Positions 54,837 to 64,000 of a DNA stretch of 64,000 nucleotides are shown piece after piece. The DNA is taken from NCBI GenBank assembly GCA_012026655.1, contig JAAILG010000133.1, forward strand, positions 62,001 to 126,000, written 5' to 3'. Within the stretch, counting starts at the first letter, position 1; each line of letters starts with the position of its first letter. Below the pieces are notes generated by a model. That model saw only the letters and a list, made by a program, of their open reading frames with translations, ran no database searches and was not told where the DNA came from. The stretch comes from Hydrolagus affinis. Lineage: Eukaryota. A program made the position numbers and the translations under genes.

Positions 54837-56109
54837 CAGGTCTGCAGTGGCTCTCAGAGCAACGTGTTTGTTCAATCCCACTGCCATATATTAGCCCCAC
54901 CCACTCAAGCCTCTATCTTTACCTGGGCAAAAGTCTCTTTTATATTTTGTTGATTTTTTTCTGTTGGGAGCAGTGGAGGACACACTGAACCACCCGAGCT
55001 CAGCACTGACGGGGAATAAAACTAGAGTGTTTTTAATAGCCACTCTCTATTGCTCGTGTGCAAGTATTTCATTTTGTACTAGCCTCTCACAGGCCAGTAG
55101 AGCTAGACGGTTCCGGTTGAGAATCATTTATTGGTGCGTGGAAATTATATTTCGAGCCACCTTCTTGCGTTGGCAGCAACTTGCATTAAAACCTGAATGA
55201 TGCTCAGTCTGACAGGTCCGTCAGTTACTTTTAATAATTATAACACCTGCATTTTATCATCCAAACAGGGCCTTGAGTTGTGAACTGAAACACAGAGGAG
55301 TAGCACCCCCACCACACACACACACACACTTCAAATAGTTGAGGATGAATTGTTCCAATGTGCTGATCACCCCCTCACAGAGCCTGACAGGCACAGCCTG
55401 CTACCTGCCCAGCATTGTGTCATCTGGAAAGCCTCCTCTGCCTATCAGATCGGGCCTTGTTCGTACAACAACAACCTTATATATATAGAGAGCACCTCTC
55501 AGGCAGGGTAGCATCACAGGGGTTACCCACATTGCATGTTTGCAGTTAAACCCATCTCAGAAAGCAGTCCAATACATTAATGAGAATTCAACGAGGGAGG
55601 GAGGGAGGGAATGCTGAGATATTATTAAGGATGGTTGAATGGCAGAAAAGTGCAACATGAAAGCCTTCCGCAGCAGCTCCTGCTGTGCGGGGCTCAGTGC
55701 CCTGTCCCTGTCCACCCTCCTGCGCTCGAGACCCCAGGCATTACCAGTGAAGACCGAGGGCCCTGAGATCCCGGGGAGCTGTCCCTGTCATGGCCATCTC
55801 ACTCCCAGTGAGTATTAATGAGGGCCTAAAGTCATCTGTTAAAGGTTAATGGTTTCTGAGCATTTTTAGAAATGTTTTCAAATGGCAGCACCTCAAGCTT
55901 TTCAATGTGCAACTGTTATACTGAGGCCCCAATAATCTGCCGGTCACATCGACTAAAAAGCTTTTTGTGCCCTCCTTCCCTGCCCACTTGCCCTCCTTCC
56001 CTATTGCATTCATTTTAAATTCATTATGATTGGGGAATGAACTGAATATACAACAACAAATGATAATAAGACCTACCTCTTCAACAATAACCTACGTTAT
56101 TTGCTGCTC

Positions 56110-56855
56110 TGTGAACTTGTTTGACCCTGAACTATCCTTTCTCCGCCACATCTGCGTCATGACAAGCACTGCCTTCCACCACCTCCGTAACATTGCCAGA
56201 CTTCACCACTGCCTCACCCCCTCAGGCTGCCGAAATCCTCAAACACGCATTTGTCACATCATAGCTCGACAATGAGAAACCCTCTCCTCGTCGGCCTTCC
56301 CAGCTCTTCCCTTCACAAGCTGCAGATCATCCAAAAACTCTTCAGCTCGTGTCCTCTCCCGCACCAAGCTCCGTGATCACATCACTCCCACCCTCGCCCG
56401 GCTCCATTGGCTCCCCATCCCCCAGAGGATCAAATTCAAGACCTTCATCCTCACAATCAAGGCCATTCACGGCCTTGCCCCCTCCTATCTCTCTGACCTG
56501 CTGACTCCCGATCAACCTGCCCGTCCCCTCCGTTCAGCGGGCTCCAGTCTGCTCCATGTCTCTCGCCCGACCTGCCCTACCATTGGTGGACGGGCTTTCA
56601 GCCTCTCTGCTCCATGCTCTGGAACCCCATCACACAATCCCTTCTCCTCGTTTCCTCTCTTGCCTCCTTCAAGGCCAGTCTCAAGATCCTCCTTTTCGAC
56701 CATGCCTTCAGCCGTCCTCCCACCTCTCCCCTTGCCCTGCCCTCCCCCCTCCCCTGCCCCTCCCCGTTGCTCAGGTCCCGACCTCTGACTGTTCAGCGCC
56801 TTGGGACGTCCTCCCAATGTGAAAGGGTGCTTTATAAATGTAATTTTGTTGTTGT
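56110..56855 (+). mobile_element. L2 LINE 3' fragment (longest in the window)
   Basis: LFDPELSFLRHICVMTSTAFHHLRNIARL...LHWLPIPQRIKFK...FKASLKILLF, C-rich UTR, type A stem-loop and (GTT)n tail; frameshifted. Confidence 0.93.
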
Positions 56856-57720
56856 TTGATGTATTTAACAGAGGAACACAGCAATGCTTGTCCTATGTTC
56901 TTCTGTTAAATAGTGAGGCTGCTGTTACAAGCGGTGACATTTACGCTTCCCTCTCAAGGCTCTGTATCTGACCTGGCATCATCATAGCTGCACAGGTCTC
57001 TCCCACAGCGAAATCAAGTTCTGCTTCTCTTGGGCATAGTGGTGGCCCTTGTCACTTGAAAGAGTACACAGCTGAAAGAGAACGGTGATTTTCTTAACAG
57101 CCTCCAGCAATCGCAAGGTGAACTTAGTAAAGTCTGACAGCTAGAAATTACTGCCCGGATTTACTGTGCAACCTGCAGCCAGTACAGCTTAATAAACTGA
57201 GCAAACGACAGGACTAAAAGGTCCAGAACATTGTTTGTCAATGTATTAACTCTGGTCCAGCCGGTGTATACAGTGAGGCCCTCCCAGTGAAGTCTGGATA
57301 GACTCTTTTTAGGAACATCCGGCCAATTGAGTCTGTTTCATAATTTTCAATGTCGGCAGATCTGTTAATGTTCCATTAGTAGTTAATACCTTTCCCGCTC
57401 ACTTTGCTGTGTTTGAAGAACATGAGCAGGCAGTGACTGAGGCCCCGAGGAGGTTCAATCTCCTCACAATAGCTCAATGGGGAGAAGTGACATTTGTTGT
57501 AATAGTTTAATGAGTCTCTAAATTTATAAAGTTTCAGTCTATTAGGTGCAGCCATCGATTTGTGTAACCGATATGAGTAATGAATCCAACTGGCTGTATC
57601 CTATTGGCCGGGGATGATGAATCAATAAGCATTGTGCTGATTCCATAAAAGACAGACAAATATGAAATCTATAGTTCAATCCCTGCTCTCTTCTCAGACA
57701 GTGTTGTTTGTCTTACTCAC

Positions 57721-57838
57721 CCGCATGCCCAGCTCAATGTTCTCTCCCCCGTAAACCTCCATCCCCGCGTCCAGGAGGCCGATCTCCTCAAAGTACTGCC
57801 GGTGAACCACGAATGAACAGCCAATCATAGCAGGGGTC
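57721..57838 (-). CDS. GALNT9: GALNT9 coding exon (118 nt, exon 6 equivalent), Gal/GalNAc-T motif
   Basis: cctggcacccag|G ACC CCT GCT ATG...ATG CGG|gtgagt; TPAMIGCSFVVHRQYFEEIGLLDAGMEVYGGENIELGMR; not in the ORF track; phase matches the previous exon. Confidence 0.96.
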
Positions 57839-57855
57839 CTGGGTGCCAGGAGGAA

Positions 57856-58156
57856 AGAACATAAGAACATAAAAAGTAGGAGCAGGAGTAGGCCATTCAG
57901 CCCCTCGAGTTGACCCCGCCATTTAATAGGACGTCCTCCCGACGTGAAAGGTGCACTATAAATGTAATTTTGTTGTTGTTGTTGTTAATAAGATCAAGGC
58001 TGATCCTCTAACCTGATCCGTTATTGGGAAGCGCTCTGAGGCGCTGTCCGACGTGGAGGGTACTGTATAAATCCAAGTTGTTGTTGTTGTTGCATCCTAA
58101 TTCCATTTACCCGCCCTGCCCCCATAACCCTTAATTCCTTTGGCGTTTAGAAAAAA
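57856..58156 (-). mobile_element. CR1 LINE 3' end interrupted by two L2 tails (57929-57985, 58029-58092)
   Basis: Minus strand CTCGAGGGGCTGAATGGCCTACTCCTGCTCCTA...(TTATGTTC)2 tail; CR1 sequence resumes after each insert; related CR1 tails at about 18810-18875, 42940-42985, 60265-60315. Confidence 0.8.
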
Positions 58157-58508
58157 CTGAGAGGAGAGGAGACAGCAACTGTTGGGGTGGGGGAGGAGGG
58201 GTGGTTAGTCATTCCATGAAAAAGACATTCCACGAAAATTATTTGATCGAATTTTTCTCGATCTCGCTCAAAAGAAAATGTATAATTGCTTGTTGCACAG
58301 AGCTGTATGCGTCTTCATTTGAACCCATTTCCCTTTAAAGTTCAGTTTTCTTGATAGGCATTTAGTTTGAAAGGTCTTGATCCAAGATTTATGGTGTGTA
58401 GTAATGGTGTTTAAATACCCAAAACTGATCTGAGCATCAAAGGAAAGGTTAGGTTCCTCCATCACATTGTTACCACAGCAGGGTTTGTGCTCTGCTTCAC
58501 ATGATGTT

Positions 58509-58794
58509 TAATAATAATAATAATCCTTTGATTTAATGCCTTACATGTGTTTTAGACGTCTCAAAACGCTTCACAGAATATACTGTAAAGTGAATTGACT
58601 GTATATTTTGCGAGCGAAATGTGGCAGCCGATTGCGCACAGCAGTGTCCCCACAAACAGTCGTGGATTGAAAATGACAGATTTTTTTTTGAAGGATTACG
58701 AGGCATGTGGAGTAAGGAAACTTGGCCCAGGTTTCACCCTGCCCGGAATCGAACCCAGGTCTCTTGCTTGTAAGGCGAGTGCTATAACCATTGA
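58509..58794 (-). mobile_element. Near full-length SINE with a perfect B box
   Basis: Minus strand CTCGCCTTACAAGCAAGAGACCTGGGTTCGATTCCGGGCAGGG head, then family body and tail. Confidence 0.9.
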
Positions 58795-59836
58795 TTAACT
58801 GGTTAACCACCATGTTTCTGGTGACTGCGTGAAGCAAATGTCTTTTAAAATAATTTCTAGCGTTAACTTGTGCTCATCAGACAGGTTCTTACTTCAATCA
58901 AAACAATATATTCTGCCACGTTCTGGTATTATGCAATGCATTCCTTCGTCACTGTATTTTGTGTGACAATGTGTGTGTGTGTGTGTGTGTAGACTTGTTG
59001 ACTAGTTTGTCCTGCGAGCCTGCAGCTCTGTCCTTGAAGCCTTGGCTGATGTCTTACAGACTGTGTGCCTGTGTTACAGTCCTGCAGGGCAAGCAGGCAG
59101 GAGGACAGCTTTAACCTTGCCCTCCGTCCTCTCTGATCATTGGCTTTAACAGATCCACCAATCCGGGGAAATCCCCAATCTGGGAACTTTGTTATTTAAC
59201 GGGTCGGATATGAAAACACAGTAAACCAATGCTGGAGGATCTCAGTTCCACCATGTTACCACTTTCAATTAATTGCTGCTCGTGTCATTTATTTCCTCTA
59301 ACATCTTGCCAAGAAGACCTCAGAATAAAAGCTATTAGGCAATCAGAGGAACATACGGAGTGCGGTTACGCACCAGCGCCTTTGCGAGATGATGGATGTA
59401 CTTTGGCAGGGCTGCCCTGGAACACCCCCCCTCCCCCCCCCAGCCCCCTCCCCCACACCCCAATCTGGTTCAGGCCCTTTCTCTCATTGCCTCCAAGTCA
59501 CGTACAAACCTGCAAAGATCAATGAGGTCCATGTTCTGGTAATAATAAATTGCACTGCAGTTTGCTGCAACAGGGTAATTTTCTAAATGTATTCATTCTA
59601 ATTTTTAACAAACAAATCATCAGGAAGCTTGCATACAGTAAAGAGGCTGGCTGGCTGGTATTGCTTGGATAGAATAATTATCGTTTGTCTTTAGAACTAC
59701 TCCCCGCCACCAATCCTTCAAACCATGTCTGAGGAAACAATGGGTGGCAGAGTTTGGTAAAACCCATTGAATGCTATTTTTCTATTCTGGGTGAGAATCA
59801 GTCATTCCAGTTTCACACCCATTCACCATCTCCCAA

Positions 59837-59904
59837 CCCGCCCGCCCGCCCGTCCGCCCGCCCGCCCGTCCGCCCGCCCGCCCGTCCGCCCGCCCGCCCG
59901 CCCG
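59837..59904. repeat. (CCCG)n tetranucleotide repeat with 16-bp higher-order period
   Basis: (CCCG)4 TCCG (CCCG)3 TCCG (CCCG)3 TCCG (CCCG)4; 17 units. Confidence 0.95.
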
Positions 59905-60027
59905 GTGTGGCAGTGACCAGAGAGCTCTAGCTGTCTTCTGACCAAAGTACCGTGCGTTTCAGATGTCAGCCGTTTGTTTAATTCCCTTTTGGCAGCTGTG
60001 ACTGATTATTTCGGGTCGGCCTCTTAC

Positions 60028-60225
60028 CTGATTGGTGCCGCCTCATCACCCTTGTCCAGCCAGTCCTGTGGTGGGATAATATACATACACCACAGGCCCC
60101 AGTTGTAGCCGTGGGCTGCGTTGGAATATTGCTGCACCTCAAATGTGTTGTACTTGATATTGTCTATGGCTGGCAGGATGATGCGTGTACGATCCGCTTT
60201 GATTCTGCTGAGCACTGGTTGCACC
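60028..60225 (-). CDS. GALNT9: GALNT9 coding exon (198 nt, equivalent to human exon 5), catalytic domain
   Basis: ttccattctctgtcag|G GTG CAA...ATC AG|gtaaga; encodes VQPVLSRIKADRTRIILPAIDNIKYNTFEVQQYSNAAHGYNWGLWCMYIIPPQDWLDKGDEAAPIR, matching recalled vertebrate GALNT9. Confidence 0.96.
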
Positions 60226-60377
60226 CTGACAGAGAATGGAAGAGGAAATGCGGTTAAGTATCAGTTATAGGAACAGGAGGAGGCCATTCAGCCCGTCAAG
60301 CCTGCTCTGCCATTTTTCTTTCATCCAGGCCAGCCTGCAACTCAGAACCATCTGCCTTTTCTACATACATCTTTGTT

Positions 60378-60800
60378 CTGTAGCTCAGTGGTTAGAGCAC
60401 TCGCCACACAAGTAATGATAATAATCCTTGCATTTGATATAGCGATTTTCACATCTTATCGACGTCTCAATTGCTGGGTTCAATTTCCCAGCAGGGTGAA
60501 ACGTTGGGCAAATTTCCTTTCTCCACACGCCCCTGTTTACCCAGCAGTAAATAGGAAACTGGTTGTTAATCAATTGGCAGATTGCTTATCTGGGGGGTAA
60601 CAATCCTTCAAAATAATAATAATAATAAATTGGTCACTTCAATCTTCGACTGTCTGCGGACACTGCTGTGCGCAATTGGCTGCCACATTTCACCCACAAA
60701 ATATAGTCAATTCACTTTACAGAATATTCTATGATGTGCTTTGAGACACCTCAAAGACATGATAAGGCACTATATCAAATTCAAGGATTATTATTTATTA
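60378..60800 (+). mobile_element. Full-length long-variant SINE with a nested antisense tail in its tRNA head
   Basis: CTGTAGCTCAGTGGTTAGAGCACTCGCC [60413-60470 antisense tail] CTGGGTTCAATTTCCCAGCAGGG...tail. Confidence 0.85.
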
Positions 60801-63509
60801 TCCTTATACTTGCTAAGTATTCATTTGTTTCCTTCTTGAACATTATTACACCTTCCAATGAGCATTTCTATACCAAATGGAAGGAGTATTATTATTATTA
60901 TTATTATTTCCCCCCACTGAACCAAAGTTAATGGTTCCAAAACCATTGTTACCCTTCATCTCGGTGGGAATGTTTATTTCAAAAGCGACTCTGTGTGCGC
61001 GCGTATATAAGTGTATGTATGTGTGTGAAACTAACTTTAACTGTTCTCAACCAGCTGTGATGTTCAGCTTTGTCCAGCTTTGAAGCAGGCAATCCATCTT
61101 TTCTTGCCAGTTATCTATACATTTCCAAATGTGCACCAGACACCAAATATTTCTTCCAAATCTGAAGGATTTCAATGTGGAGTTTCAGAATGCACAGCAG
61201 AGGAAATGTTGGTGATGTGTGTTGTATTCAATGCTCTTTACAATGCATTGTGAGTCCAAGGAGACCCAGTAGATCGTCAATTCTGTGTTGGGGATGGAGT
61301 CCAGTGGCAGAACATCAATACCAGCCCATCATCCTCTCACGGTATTGACAACCTGCCCAGGTTGGACATCCTAGATCATTTCCACAGTCGCCAATTGGAA
61401 TGTCATTCATCCTTTAGCACTTAAACCTGCAGTCCAGACCCAAAGATCAAGCAGTTTTATGCAGGAAGGGCCCACAGGAAAGAGTTTACTGTGAGACTGA
61501 GTGTTCCTTTATACAGCATATCTCACAGGCAAAGCCTCTCCTAACTCCAGCAATCTCTGGCCGGCGGAGAGGAGAGGGACCACTGGTCTATGTAATTCTC
61601 TGAAAGCTTCATGACTCAGCTCCACATCTTAGGAACATAAAGAGAGTAATTCTGCTTGTCTCTTGCCTAGTGCTTGTGAGCTTTGAACGTCGATGGGAAG
61701 AAACACAAATTATTTTTAGCTGCATTCTGTACTTTCTGATTTTAACAAAACGGTCCAATTTTTCCAGACCAAACGGCAAGTGAAATCGCAAGTTTATGTT
61801 ACAGTTTAAGGCTGATAATGAATGACTGGCAGCTGAGCTCCCCAGTGCATACCATCAGCATCTGTTTCCCCCTGAATTAAGAGATAAAAACAAAGTAAAG
61901 AAAATTAAATTACCCATAACTCTCCATTTACCTAATCACCAGCCCATCATAACAAGAAGAACCCGAGGCAGCTCTGCAGTGAGAAACCTTCTGTCGTGTG
62001 TGCTCCTTAGCAGGGCTGTTCTGTTGAGGGTTTCTGCATTCCAGCTGCCTCTCTGTGGGGCTTATACCAGCTCCTACCCCATTCCTTATTAAGAAATACC
62101 GCTAGTTATACCCCAACAGGGAAATAAATGATCTCCAGGGTTTGAATTTTCCCAGTTGCTGTGTAATACAGAACGAGCGGGGCAGCGTTCACACGGACGG
62201 CACAGAGACTGGAATATCTCATGGCTTAACTCCATCAGACACGAAAAGGTACATCATAATCAATACCCATTCTTTATAGTTTTCCAATAGTGAGAGCAGC
62301 CTGTCAGTTCAAGGACAGGTTAGTAAAGGACTTGGCAGGTCAGATGTAATCATTTATTTGGATTACATTTTACATCAGAATGGGTCAATTTCATACTTTT
62401 GCACAAATGGATTGCATGTTTGGCTGAGAGAGGAACCTGTACGCCTTGTCACATTGCTGCAATGCGGGGAAGGAATAAGTGAGTGATTGGTTAGACTGCT
62501 GTGCGCAATTGGCTGCCACGTTTTGCCCACAAATATATACAGTCAATTCACTTTACAGTCTATTCTGTGAAGCGCTTTGAGACGTCTTGAAGACATAAAA
62601 AGTGGTATATCAAATGCAAGGATTATTATTAGTATTATTGTCTTGTGCCATACGTTGGGTTGTGTGAGGGCTTTGGGCTGGGCTAGCTCAGCAAGGAACT
62701 AGAGGGTGCCTGTGATCTTTACTACACAAGAGTGTGCATTGGGAATACGGCCGACATTTAGCCAGCTACATCAAGCATAATATCTAAATATCCTGGGTGC
62801 TGTCACTGAATTGTTAAATGTGGAGATGGCTGTATGCCACAGCATTGTTGTACTAGTTAATTAGGGCTATTTTTGCAGAGGTCTGAACTAGTTCCCATTA
62901 GAGGGAGAATACACCTTTTGTTCTGGGGAAACATTAACGTAATTGTCTTTGTACACAGTCCCAGTCTCACTTTGCAAATAAGCAGAGTGCTTGGTGGGGC
63001 CATGGGTTCAGCAGAACGAGGCATTATTATAATGGATGGAATGTCATTGAAAATGCCAACAAAACAGTCACCGATTTATTTGTGTTCATCAAAACCAGAG
63101 CTCTATTCACAAGCCCCACTGCAAGCCCTTCTGCTCCTTGCAAATTACTGTGCTTATGTTAACTACAATTGAGTAAATGCATCAAAGCATGTGGTCTTTA
63201 AAAGGTAGGTACAGCAACTGCCACTCTCTATCTGCACAGCTTTCCTTTTAACTCAGAACAAAGCAGAACAGCTCTCAGTAGATACCAGCCAACAGCTGAA
63301 TTTCTCCCCAAATGATCATCGTAAAGAAACTGGTAGCTTGTTCTCTGTCGGGTGGTGGGGGCTGTGCTATTTTTTCTTGTATTTCCTAGAGGCACCACCC
63401 CCCTCCCCCCCACCCCCCTGACACACACATTGAGGGCCACGAGGTTCAGAGGATGAGACATTGAGACATAACTAATGTTTCTGAGTCATTGGTTCCTTAG
63501 CTGCGTGTA

Positions 63510-63640
63510 ACTGTATATGTGTGTGTATGTGAGAGAGACTGTACATGTGTGTGTGTCTGTCTGTCTGTGTGTCTGTGTGAGAGAGATCGTATGTGTGTGT
63601 GAGCATGTGTGTGTGTGACTGTGAGAGCCTGTGTGTGTGC
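63510..63640. repeat. Compound TG/GA/TCTG simple repeat
   Basis: Direct reading; similar TG-rich tracts at 28888-28970 and 58970-58990. Confidence 0.85.
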
Positions 63641-64000
63641 AAGCAATACTTTATACCAGGCACAGCTATCAAATGAATAATCCAAAGACATATTCTAAAA
63701 ACAGCAAAGCATTGGCACATCACCAATTAAATTATTAATGGTGACTTTCCCCATCGCTGCAGGAGACGTGTAACACTTAAAGACACTTGATTGGAACAAA
63801 TTGACTTTGGAGGCAAACGAACATACTGAGAAGCTTCATTAATGAACAGCAGAACAGAAGAGAGCTCCCTGTTCACCTCCGTGTGTGCAACGCTTCTCTC
63901 CCCGACCCCCTCAGTGCGATGGTGACACAGGCCATCAGCGGTTCACTGCTGTATGTGCAGCTTGTGATATGTCAGTCAGTTTCCTCGGGGGTGGTGGGTG

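Noticed and set aside
58735-58794. tRNA-Val(TAC)-like sequence (also 25565-25630 and 60378-60495)
   Set aside because: It is the head of a SINE: it continues into the family body and tail, and has no proper acceptor stem
1-64000. CRISPR array or prokaryotic defence system
   Set aside because: Eukaryotic intron-exon DNA; the recurring 50-70 bp motifs are dispersed retroelement tails, not regularly spaced repeats

Overview
Vertebrate (gnathostome) genomic DNA. The repeat landscape (tRNA/Deu-type SINEs with ATT tails, L2 and CR1 LINE ends, Penelope-like termini) suggests a cartilaginous fish, probably a chimaera; this is an inference. The only recognisable gene is the 3' part of GALNT9 (polypeptide N-acetylgalactosaminyltransferase 9, Y-subfamily) on the minus strand. 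It has seven coding exons (60028-60225, 57721-57838, 43817-44002, 43073-43210, 40857-40952, 34843-35010, 34372-34518), all with GT-AG sites. They splice in frame to about 349 aa ending ...NWIKHVKH*. The 5' exons lie beyond position 64000. Positions 1-34000 are 3' UTR/intergenic with no recognisable coding exon, and almost all other ORFs in the track are spurious or LINE remnants. Most notable signals: (1) a three-copy family of Penelope-like termini carrying minimal hammerhead-ribozyme cores, two of them palindromic, one a 94-bp near-perfect hairpin inside a GALNT9 intron; (2) a CR1 tail that supplies much of the pyrimidine tract of a GALNT9 splice acceptor and carries two nested L2 tails; (3) hAT and Tigger-like MITEs with TIRs and TSDs; (4) a covarying 3' stem-loop shared by the SINE and two L2 subfamilies; (5) CNE-like blocks. 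Repeat boundaries are approximate; exon boundaries were read base by base. Exon numbers follow the recalled human gene structure.
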